From Mobula hypostoma (taxonomy: Eukaryota), in contig NC_086097.1 of assembly GCF_963921235.1 (NCBI RefSeq), forward strand, positions 162,442,001 through 162,506,000: a stretch of DNA of 64,000 bases, written 5' to 3'. Below the pieces are notes generated by a model, which was given only the letters and a program-made list of their open reading frames with translations, was not told the origin of the DNA and ran no database searches. How positions within the stretch are numbered: the first letter of the stretch is position 1; each line of letters starts with the position of its first letter. Positions 23,695 to 35,178 of this stretch are shown piece after piece. The translations under genes and the position numbers were made by a program.

Positions 23695-26600
23695 CAACCT
23701 ACCCACAAATCTCCACACAAGCTTTCACTAACACCTTGCTTTCTGACCTGCAGTGCTGCCTACCCATAATGCTTTGTACTGAAACCTGAACTGCGGAAAA
23801 TTCTTGCCTCCTTCCTACCAGCACTAAACCTTGATTTTAGCCGTGCAGTGTTAAGAAAGGCATTTGCCATTTGATGGCTCTTTGAAAGAGCTATTCAGTT
23901 GTTCCATTTCTGACTCTATCATTCCATATTTTTATGTACCTTAAATATAAACCAGCTCACTTTTGAAAGTTACCATTGAATCAACAAAATCTGTGCAGTC
24001 CCTATCATGGTCATCCTCTGTGTAGAAAAGCGTATCTATCTGCTGTCTACTTTGCCAAGGGTCTTAAATATTTTATGTTAATTGCCTTAAAAAGGTGACT
24101 TTTGAATGGTGGTTCTTCTCATTCCATCAACACCCTGCTCAATTTTGAATTCATTTTTTAAAAGATTCAATTTGAGTTCAGTTAAAACCTATTTTAACTG
24201 AAAAAGGTTAATCTGATTTTAATATATTCCCAGGTGTCACTTTAATTTCACCCGTGGGTATTAGTTGATGCAATTGTTAAACTGCACACATCTGGAAAGC
24301 AATTCTCAGCAAGTTGGAAAAAGCCTATTTAAGATAGAAATTGATTTCTTAAAGGTGAGTGGAATTCTCTTGTGGCATCTCTAAAGTGAAATATTTGATC
24401 AGAAAGACACACAGATTTCCAGAGTGATTCTGGAAGCTCTTGTGATGAAGGTAAAGTTAAAGAGGCAACTCATATTTCATATCAGTGACAAGAAGGTAAC
24501 AAATCAGTTTGTCCACTAGCATGGAAAGAAACTTTTATGTCAATCAAAATGTCAACCTTGCACATAGATACTGTATGTTTCAGGAAAGAACTTGTGATCT
24601 CAGGGGGAAGGCAGAGATGAATACCGCATTTTATTTGTTTCTCTTTTTATATGGCACTTCTTCAACTTAGCCTTTAGTTTCTTTCCATTACACCATTAAA
24701 ATTAAAACTGGAAATTTTATGTGTGTGTCTGTGGGGGGGGGGGATGGGGGAATTACGTGATTTTAAGCACTTACCTGTCCCATTCCTGGTGGATAGACAG
24801 GGCCTCAATTTTTATCATTCCTGTACAAAATATATTCCACTAAGTTCCAGTCCCCATCCACATCTTCATTAACTTATTGAGGTAATCTACTGAAAGACCC
24901 TTGGTTACAAGAATGCTTGTGAAATTTAAAATTATGACTTCAATGATAAGAGAACTATTTTTGTGATCTGCTTTCAATGGAACTTATTTAATAAGCAATA
25001 AGTAGACTTTTGCATTTTAGTAATTCTAAATGGTGCCCAGTAAAATATAATGTTTAATGAACCCAAATTAGCTACTTCTGAATAAATTGATATTAACTGC
25101 TTTCATACACGATGCATCTTACTTTGGTAATTTGTTACAGTATATTGGTTTTGTGTCCCCACATCCCTTTGCCTTTGGAAATAACTTTTGACAGCTTTAT
25201 GTCTCTTCACAAAATATTTCCTGTTCTTCATAGGGGTCTGGAGGATAGACAATATTCCAAATGACAGTGTGTTCCTTTGATATCAGAAGAATTGGTTAAA
25301 GCAAAATGTTCTTTACAGTGCTATAGGTAAAAAAATTCAGTAGTAAATTATGGCAGCGCTGAGGAAAATAATAGATATTATCATTCAATGTATGGAGAGG
25401 CTATAAGATAGTTATTATTAGATTTCTGAAAACTCTTCTTTCTAATTGCTTTTCATGTTGGCACATTAGGGCTAATTTATCAAATGAGTGCCATCAGTTG
25501 GGAGTCTCTCCCACTGGTAATTCATTAATGGACAAATGGTTGTGTCTGGTATGCTTGTGAATTGCTGATACATGCAGTCAGGAATTCAGGATTCCCAAAG
25601 GAGTGTACATTTATACAACAAACCTTTTGTGATAGAAATAGCTGGAGAAAATATTTTACTGTGAATCTATCATTAGCTCACTTTACACTATGGCAGAACT
25701 AGTCCATCCTGGTTCTGTTGGGAAAAGCAAAGTTACTGTCCAAAGTTATTATAATTATCACTTTTTTTTGTTTTATTTCTAACCATTTGCCAATTTGTTT
25801 TCACTTTCATGCTGCATCTGATCCTATTTGTTTTAGGATTTTTTTCCATAAACCCTATTGTTAGCTTCTTCAAACTAAAAATATAGATTATAGTATCAGG
25901 TAAAAATTTTGGGCAAACGAAAAATTAATGACTTATGTCCTATCTGCTATAAAATTTAAAGAGCTGTTTAGAAATGATATGCCATACTTCAAAGTGGCTG
26001 TCAGGACCAAGTGTGCAAGCAAGCATTTCTGGCTTGTTTTTAGCTCCCTATATCCTGAAGCAGTGAATTATCTCTACAAGATCTTATTGGGGCTTGGAAT
26101 CGTTACAACAGTGAAGGAGGCCATTGTGCCTTCATATCCATGTCTGTTATCCACCAGAGCGAAAGAAGAGGTTCTGTGTTACAAGTGGGCTAATATTTTG
26201 AAGCATAGATATGTACTAGTCTTCTAACATTTACCAGAGATTGTGGAGCAGAAGGAAATGAACTAATACTAAAGTCATGCATGGATAAGGCTAATAAGTG
26301 CATTATCATTAGTGTTGTCAACACTCACTGATTCAACACTCGACAATAAAGCCAGCAGAGACATTTGACCCATCCTCTTAAACAGGTTTGTTCTCACCAG
26401 ACTTGTCTTCTTTTATTTACAGTCTTGAGCCTTTAACCCAGTGAAAAGGTGAAATCTTTTGTCTTGTGGTGGTATATTGTATTTTACAAACCAATTCTTT
26501 CAAAGATGCAGCTCTTGACTTTGTCTTGGTTTACAACTAGCATCACTCATGCTTTCATTTTGATGTTCAGACATGTATTTTAAAAAGCATTGAGAAAATT

Positions 26601-27955
26601 CATATCTGTTTCACTCTTTAACTGCAAGGTGATACTCTGAGGAGCCAAATTAAAGGAAAAATTCCTGTCAATGATGTGCATAAGTATCTAAGATTTGATG
26701 GGGGAATCAGTGGTGTTAATGAAAGTTCGTTGGTCTGGGAGATCGACTGTTTTCTATTGTTTCCCTGCAGGGACCCAGCTGTAAGTAATTGATTTCATAC
26801 CAGGGAGACGTTACAATAAAATCCACTGGTATTATTTATGACCACATAATGAGATGTCAATTATAAGAAGATTAAAAGAAAATTTTATATACAATAATTT
26901 TTAATCACTGCTTTCAATAATACTAGTGTATTATCCAAATATATTTGAGCAACTCCGTATTAAAGGAATCATGAGCTTAAAGAGCTAATTAATGTGTACT
27001 TGCAAGACACCAACTCTAAACCACTATTGAGTTTGTGGTCCTGATATCTGAGAATAGGTTGTTCACATACTTATTCATTCATGCTCTTGTCATTATTTCT
27101 GCTAAATGCCCAGTTGACAGCATGCAGGGCATAACTGTTGTGTAGCAGTAAGTGCAACCCTACTATAGCTTGGGGCATTGTCACGAAGTGTTCTGGAACT
27201 CCAGTCCTAGCGAAGAGGCTTCTCAACGCATCAACAGTGTGTGAAGCTAGAGTGGAGGCTATTGGGAACAGTCCTGGCCACTTTGCATCCACTAATACCA
27301 AGAATTTTTTGTCTGGCAAAATCTACATGAATCCTGTGCCAGGGCAATGCAGGCTACTCCCAGGAATAGAGAGGTGCTGCTCTTGGCATCTTCTAGATAT
27401 GTTGGCATCTCGTACAGTGCATGGCAAGCTACTCGATCAGCTGATCCATCCCAGGCCAGCAGACAAAGCTTCAAACCAATGCTTTCATTTTAACCAAGCC
27501 TAGATGACTTACATGCAGCTCCTCTAACACTTTAATGTTGAATGGTACAAGAAGTCTCAATCTCCATATAAAGCAACCTTCATCAAAGGCAAGTTTATCT
27601 TGGTGCTGTTAGGGATCTGGAGTTTCTGCTACACATTCCAGCCATTTCGGGTGGTCATCTAGACCTGAGACAGTGTGAGGTCTTTTCTGGTTTTCCTTTG
27701 GATCATCCCTGCCATAATAGAGAGACTTCCAGTTTGTACTGGGGAGACTCCATCAAGAAGAGTGTATTTTTTTTTGTAAAAATTTATGGTGTTTCCCTTT
27801 CCAAAGTCAAATGGGACAATTCATCAGGATTTCCATGACTAGTTGTCCTCTTGAATTCAATCTTGTAATTGTGTCCTCCAAATAACAGAGCCCATCTCTG
27901 CATTCTTGCTGCTGCCATTAGTAGAACACTCTTCTGTTGATTAAAAATGGACACT

Positions 27956-30002
27956 TGTGTTTGTACAACTACATGTCAATTAAAATAAAAGTATGCACAT
28001 GAGATGGCTTTAACTGGTGTACTCTCATTGTGGAGAGAGAGAGAGCAGATCAATGCACGTGCATACACAACAGATCAATGTGCATAGGTAAGATATCAGT
28101 TCATCTGTAGTGCTAAGGGGAGTCATTGCTCTAAAAGAAATAGATTCATTCATTACACTTCCTCCCCATTTAGATTCATGTAACATAAAACTGTATATTT
28201 AACAAATCATTCAATTTCCCTTAAACAAACCATATCAAATAAACATACTTTCACAATAACAGTCCATAATTAACTTCACTATACTAAAGACTTTTGGGTG
28301 GCACTCTGTTTCTTTCAGGATAGTGCCTTTGGACCTGTGGTGTGGCATCAGGTTTGGCAGATATCTTGTCAAAGACAACTTTCTCTGTTGCAGGTTTCAC
28401 ATTGCTGTTAGTGATATGATCGTCACTGGGAGGTAATTCCAGTGGCTGTAACGTGTCTGTCTCGTTGGATGCAGCCAACTCAGATGTGTTCTTCTACTGA
28501 GCATCCTGTATCTGGTATTGGGGGTAGGGTACTGACGTGGATCGTAAATTGGTTGGCAGACAGGAAACAAAGAGTAGGGATTAACAGGTCCCTTTCAGAA
28601 TGGCAGGCAGTGACTAGTGGGGTACCACAAGGCTTGGTGCTGGGACTTCAGCTATTTACAATATACATTAATGATTTAGATGAAGGGATTAAAAATAACA
28701 TTAGCAAATTTGCAGATGACACAAAGCTAGGTGGCAGTGTGAAATGTGCGGGGGATGTTGAGATAATGCAGGATGACTTGGACAGGTTTGGGTGAGTGGG
28801 CAGATGCAGTTTAATGTGGATAAATGTGAGGCTATCCACTTTGGTGGCAAGAACAGGAAGGCAGATTACTGTTTGAATGGTGTCAAGTTAGGAAAAGGGG
28901 AAGTACAACGAGATCTTGGTGTCCTTGTTCAGCAGACACTGAAAGTAAGCATGCAGGTACAGCAGGCAGTGAAGAAAGCTAATGGCATGTTGGCCTTCAT
29001 AACAAGGGGAGTTGAGTATAGGAGCAAAGAGGTTCTTCTGCAGTTGTACAGGGCCCTGATGAGACCATACCTGGAGTATGGTGTACAGTTTTGGTCTCCA
29101 AATTTGAACAAGAACATTCTTGCTATTGACAGAGTGCAGCGGAGGTTCACGAGGTTAATTCCCAGGATGACGGGACTGTCATATGTTGAAAAATTGGAGC
29201 GACTGGGCTTGTATACACTGGAATTTAGAAGGATGAGAGGGGATCTGACTGAAACATATAAGATTATTATGGGATTGGACATGCTAGAGGCAGGAAACAT
29301 GTTCCCGATGTTGGGGGAGTCTAGAACCAGAGGCCACAATTTGAGAATAAGGGGTAGGCCATTTAGAACGGAGTTGAGGAAAAACTTTTTCACCCAGAGA
29401 TTTGTGGATCTGTGGAATGTTCTGCCTCAGAAGGCAGTGGAGGCCAGTTCTCTGGATTCTTTCAAGAAAGAGTTAGATAGAGCTCTTAAAGATAGCGGAG
29501 TCAAGGGATATGGGGAGAAGGCAGGAATGGGGTACTGATTGTGGATGATCAGCCATGTTCACAGTGAATGGCGGTGCTGGCTCGAAGGGCTGAATGGCCT
29601 ACTACTGCACCTATTGTCTATTGCCTATTGGTCCACATGATGTCTCCATGTATGGTCTGCAACATCCACTGTGTTCATCAGTGGTCCGGTTCTTGTAGCT
29701 ATCCTCCTGGTTGTTCACTTGCCTTCTCGGTAACCACGCACTAGGACTTCCTGTCCAACCTTGAAGCTTTTGGCTGCTTCACTTGGCAACTGACTGAACT
29801 GTTTGTCCTGTACTTCCCTCCAGAGATCTGGTTTCAGGAGGTCAATGCGAGATCTCAGATTCCTGTTCATGAACAGCATTGCAGGTGTTTGATTTGTTGT
29901 TGCATGAACAGAGTTCTGATACACAAAAAGGAAATTGTCCATCTTGTGCTGTAGGGAAATGTCCTCCTTGTCCATAGCTTTAATAGACTTGAAGGTTTAG
30001 AC
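27956..30002 (-). mobile_element. Second Gypsy family: integrase C-terminus, PPT and 3' LTR; copy B, nested in copy A
   Basis: ORF 29715-29975 (FLFVYQNSVHATTNQTPAMLFMNRNLRSRIDLLKP) and ORF 28284-28478 (RHYPERNRVPP). The polypurine tract GGGGAGGAAG (28158-28167) abuts an LTR TGTAATG..AAACACA (28157 to 27956). Confidence 0.8.
28513..29630 (+). mobile_element. Relatively young 5'-truncated CR1 LINE inserted in Gypsy copy B
   Basis: VTSGVPQGLVLG..KFADDTKLGG and a 248-aa open C-terminal ORF (28792-29538), ending in a (CTATTGT)-type tail. The Gypsy frame HVD|QIQDA rejoins across it. Confidence 0.95.
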
Positions 30003-32010
30003 AGTGGTTCAGTAATGAGGGTAAACTCTCTCTATCATAAGTACTAGTTGAAATGCTTTACATCCCAAACCAGCCCCAAGGCCTCACTGTCAATCTGTGT
30101 GTAATTTTTCTCTGCAGCAGTAAGGGAATGTGATAGAAAGGCTACGGGGTGTTCACTGCCGTTACTCCTAACATGTAACATGACTGTACCTATATCGTAA
30201 GTCACAGACAAGCTTCACTGGACAATGTGGATCATAATGTGTGAATACCGTGTCTGAAGTCACTACTTCCTTTACCGTTTTGAAAGCCACCTTACACTGC
30301 TTTGTCCTTTGCCATTTCTTCCAGATCTGTAGTAAAGAGTTCAAGGAGAGAAACACAATTGCCAGGTTTGGCAGGAACCTGTTATAATAGTTGACAAATC
30401 CTAAAAAGGACAGCAACTGTGACACATCATTTGGCCTTGGCCAAGCATCCACCACTGCTTGAATTTTCTCAGCAAGCTTGTGTAATCTTTGTGCGCCAAT
30501 AGTGTAACCACAGAGAGTAATGCTTCGTTAAAGAATTCACACTTATTGCGTTGTGCTCTGAACCCATAATCTTCTAATCTTTTTATCAGTGTCTTGAAGC
30601 TTCGGAGATGTTCCTTGTAATCCTTACTAGTAACAATGGTGTCATCCAGGTAACACTGAGTGCCTGGGCAGCCTTGCACACCTGGTCTATACTCTCTGCT
30701 AGAGTGCAGGTGCAGATGCTACTCCAAAAATAAGCCTATTATAGCGATATTGTCCTTTGTGAGTGTTTATAGTGAGAAAAACTTTGGACTCTTCTTCCAT
30801 CTCCATCTGCAAGTAGACCTCAGTTAAGTCTATTTTGCTGAAGTGTTTTCCTCCAGATATCCTCTATCTTCGGTATTGGAAGAGGGAATTGATTTGCTTA
30901 CAGTACTGGGTTGATGATAACCCTAAAATCACTACAGATCCTAACAGACCCATTCCTTTTGGCTGTTGGTACCACTGGTGTTGTCTGTGGGCTCCACTCA
31001 ATCTTGGAAGGAATTCCATCAGCCTTCATGCAATGTAGCTTACTGGCTACTTTATCACGGACAGTATAAGGAACTAGATAAGCTTTGCAAAACTTGGGTG
31101 TGGCATTTTCATTTAACACCATTTTACCCTTGATATGTTTGAGTTTTCCAGTGTCATCCTTGAATGTTGTTGTGGCATCATTCAGTTCGTTTCCTAATTT
31201 GCTCTCAGAAGACATCATTGCAGGGATGTGACATGCAAATAGTGGATGGATTTCCAATTAATTTGTAATTGTCTCAGCCACTCACAGCCCCACAAAGCTG
31301 GTCCTCCTGTTTTTTTTTACCACATACAAGCCCAATGTAGCTTGTAGGTTGATGTTTTTCACTGTCATGAATATAATTTACACAAGAATTACCTTTTCTC
31401 CAGTATAAGTTCTTAGTTGGATATCTTCAGGTTTTAGGTTAGTGTCTTTGAAATGCTGTTCAAACTCATTTTGTGGAATTAATGAAGCAACTGAACTAGT
31501 GTCCAATTCCATTTTAATTAATTTTCCATTACCTTCTGGCACAAGCCATGTTGCTTATCTATTCTTAGTTTTCACATTGTCAGTCTTACGGATACCCACT
31601 CCTTAATCACTCTCATCATTATCAGAATTCTCATCAACAGCATGTGGTGTTCTTTTTGAAATTGCAACTTGACTTTTTATCTTTGCCTCTTCCCTGTGCA
31701 GTCCATTTATTTTTGTCTTTCTGACATACTCTGTGCATGTCCTTCCTCTTCCTGAAGTCTACAATCAATTCCTTGGTCTTATTGAAAGTGAGCATAAAGT
31801 TGTTGTTACAACACCACTCAAACCCAGCTTAAAAATTTTGCCCGTTAATGCCATCAATTCAATTAAATTAATGCTATGGATTTTGTTCTGTATAAGAGTG
31901 CAAACTATTCGCTACTATTGTACCCATGAAGAAATTGACTTGCTTGTTTCCACAGTTTCACACCACTCTTAACCAGCCTCTGCAATGAATAAGAAAAATA
32001 ACTTTTTCAG

Positions 32011-32109
32011 GCTACACACATAAAAGTTGCTGGTGAACACCGCAGGCCAGGCAGCATCTCTAGGAAGAGGTACAGTCGACGTTTCGGGCCGAGACCCTTC
32101 GTCAGGACT
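32011..32109 (-). mobile_element. Isolated ~100-bp Penelope pLTR fragment
   Basis: The reverse complement matches 20822-20920 at 93 of 99 positions by my manual count. Confidence 0.85.
32074..32109 (-). ncRNA. Minimal type I hammerhead ribozyme motif, best-preserved copy
   Basis: Minus strand AGTC-CTGACGA-A-GGGT CTCG GCCC-GAAAC-GTC-GACT, with a perfect stem I AGTC/GACT. Confidence 0.8.
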
Positions 32110-33169
32110 CCAGTTTTCCTCCATCGTTCTTCCTTTTCTCCTGAAGATGTTGAAACTTGCCAGCAAACACTGCACTCATGCACTGAATGTTCACACAGCC
32201 ACTCATTGTATGAAACTTGAGGTTGGACTGTTTGGTTACACTGGGCACTGGGGACATTATCCCAAGCCTGCTCAGATGTACTTCCCTTCTGCTAGTCACT
32301 AGATGTGGATGAACAGCAAAAAAAAAAAAATGACATTTTTTCCTTCCTACCCAGGATCTCTGAGCACTTCTCCAGCACCCAGAGGAGCTGGTAGAATCAG
32401 ATGCAGTCACTGTCTTTAACAGACATTAGACTGACATAAGAGAATTAGATGTGGACTTAATGCAGGTATACAAGATTAATGTTGATGGGCAAAAAAGGTC
32501 AGCATAGGCAAGGTGGCTGGAGATCTCATTTTTGTGCCACAGCCCTTCCCTAGGTTACAAATGCCGGACATATGGACACACCCACGTATCCATGAGTTAC
32601 AGTAATATTATTAAGTTCTAAAATCTGATGTACCTGGCTGAATTGAAGAAATAATCTGAGCATTGTCAGTTCAGTGATGAGCTTAATGATGCACTGAGAG
32701 ATCATGCAGTTTTTGGAATCTTACAAAAATGCATTCACAAACAGCTGTTAACTGAAGCACAACTCACATTTAAAAAAACAGTTGAAATCAATGTATCAAT
32801 GGAAACAGCAGACAAAGACACAACTGAGTTGCAGTCAGGAATGAAAGAGAGCATGAACAAAATTGCAACCTCTAAACAGAAACTGGCCTGGCTGAACAGA
32901 TTGTGTTATTGTTGTGGCAGAGACTCACAAATACTAGAGCAATGCAGGTTTAGAGGTGAAACTAGCAGAAAATGCAACAAAGTAGGACACCTACAAAGAG
33001 CATGTTGGGCAGACAGAAATAAATGAACTGTACAAGAGGAGAAAAAATAAGTTAAGTTGCAGTTTCAAAAAGCACAAATCTGCATAATGTTGATGAAAAC
33101 TTGGATAATGATGAGGGTGACACAGGATAGGGTAGCTTAAAGATTTATAATGTGAAAACTAACAGGAGA

Positions 33170-33388
33170 CAAGCAACATACATCAAAGTTGCTGGTGAAC
33201 GCAGCAGGCCAAGCAGCATCTATAGGAAGAGGCGCAGTCGACGATTCAGGCCGAGACCCTTCGTAAAGGGTCTCGGCCTGAAATGTGGACTGCGCCTCTT
33301 CCTATAGATGCTGCTTGGCCTGCTGCGTTCACCAGCAACTTTGATGTATGTTGCTTGAATTTCCAGCATCTGCAGAATTCCTGTTGTG
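33170..33388. mobile_element. Palindromic (fold-back) Penelope pLTR insertion
   Basis: Inverted arms at 33170-33261 and 33266-33357 (3 mismatches in 92 bp). The direct repeat AGGAGACAAGCAA lies at 33164-33176 and 33389-33401. Confidence 0.9.
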
Positions 33389-34927
33389 AGGAGACAAGCA
33401 ATATGGCTTACATAAGGAATGAATGGCAAATTAATTAAAATTGATTGGAGACTAGTTCAGCTGTTTCATCCATTCCACAAAATGATTTTGAACGGCATTT
33501 CAAAGATACTGGACTGAAGCCTGCAAATATCCAGCTAAGAACTTATATTGGAGGAAGGATAACTCCTGTGAGAATGGCATTCATAACAGTGAAATACAAC
33601 AACCAACAAGGCACATTGAGCTTGTACTGTATATGGTAAAATCGGGAGGACCATCATTCTGGGGTTGTGATTGACTGAGACAACTGCAACTTGATTGGAG
33701 ATCCATCCACAATTTGCATGTTACAGCCACTGCAATAGAATCATTTGGAAACAAATTAAGAAAGGTACTGGATGATGTCACGGCAGCATTCAAAGATGGC
33801 ATTGGAAACCCCAATCTTATCAAGGGCAAAAGAGTGTTGAATGAAAATACCACACCCAAGCTTTACAAAGCCTATCTGTTTCCTTATACCATCCATGTCA
33901 AAGGCTTGGAGGCTGAAGGAATTCTTTACAAGTTTGAGTGAAACCCACGGCTATTAATACTCATTGGTACTGCAGCTAAGAAGGATGGGTCTGACAAGAT
34001 CTGTGGTGATTTTAAGGTCACAATCAACCCAGTACTGAAAGTAGATCAATACCCTCTGTCCAGGACAGAGGATATCTTTACAAACCTTTCTAGAGAAAAC
34101 ACTTAAGCAAATTGGTTTCAGCTGAGACCTCCCTACAGATGGAGTTGGAAGAAGAGTCCAAAATGATTCTTAGCATAAACACTCACAAAGGTCTTTATCA
34201 CTATAATAGCCTTATTTTTAAAGTAGCATCTGCACATGCACCCTGGCAGAAAGCTATGGACAAGTGCCGCAAGGTTGCCCAGTGACTCAGTGTTACCTGG
34301 ATAACATCATTGTTACTGGTGAGGATGACAAGGAACTTCTCCAAAATCTCAAGACGGTGTTAAGAAGATGAGAAGATTATGGGCCCAGAGCTGAATGCAA
34401 CTAGTTAAAACTCTTTAAATCAAGCATCACTTACAGTGGTCACAAGTGGTCACACCATTGACGCACAAGTGTGTTGAGAAAATTCAATCAGTAGTGGATG
34501 CAACAAGGCCAAAGGATGTGTCACAGTTGTGGTCCTTTTAAGGATTTGTCAATTACTGAAACAGGTTCCTGCCAATCTAGCTACGATGCTCAGTCCCTTG
34601 CACTCATTGTTGCAGATCGGGAAGAAATGGCAATGCACAAAGCAGTGTGAGGTGGATTTTCAACAGACATATAACCAACACTGTACTCACACATCGCGAT
34701 CTACATCATCCAGCCAAGCTTGCCTGTGACGTTGCCTTATGATATAGGTGTGGTCATGGCACGTTGTGAGTGATGGAATGAAACTCCCCATTGCCTTTGC
34801 ATCATGTAACCTTACCGCTACATAGAAAAAATTCACATAGATTGAAAGGAGGCCTTGAGTCTGGTTTGAGGTGTAAAATGTTTTAGCCAGTACTTGCATA
34901 GGAAAGAGCTTTACCCTCATTACTGAT

Positions 34928-35178
34928 TGTTGTGTATTTAATATTGCAATAATATTTGAGTAATCTTGTGTTTATATTGGTTGATTAAACATTCTTGTTC
35001 AGCTACATATAATTCGTTACTGGTTATATGTAAAATACATTTTAATTGCATACATCATCACACTATCATGTGATATGGGTGTGCCTCACTTAAAGTAAAG
35101 ATGAAACCAGACCCATGTTCTCGGGCTTCAGTGCTTTCCTTGAATTAGTTTAATGTTTTGAAGTGACAAAACATAACA
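34928..35178. mobile_element. Solo LTR inserted in the RNase H region of Gypsy copy C
   Basis: Ends TGTTGTGT / ACATAACA, 5-bp TSD CTGAT / TTGAT. The host frame TLITD|DQP.VSIF rejoins across it. Confidence 0.85.

Larger units (their letters stand above)
27170..31742 (-). mobile_element. Gypsy LTR-retrotransposon internal region (protease-RT-RNase H-integrase), decayed; copy A
   Basis: Protease ELDTS near 31500. RT TPVVP..K.NGSVRIC.DF.V.INPVL, QCYLDDTIVT and SFLGFVNYYNRFLPNLA..HYDP..PVKLVCD. Integrase FLVLVDA.KWP..RTGVPE. Interrupted by 27956-30002. Confidence 0.9.

Noticed and set aside
24177..24202. 11-bp perfect inverted repeat TTCAGTTAAAA / TTTTAACTGAA
   Set aside because: Short and AT-rich, with no TSD or other context to give it meaning.
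24234..24354. Plus-strand exon between CCCAG| and AAG|GTGAGT
   Set aside because: All three frames contain stops, and nothing else supports a non-coding exon.
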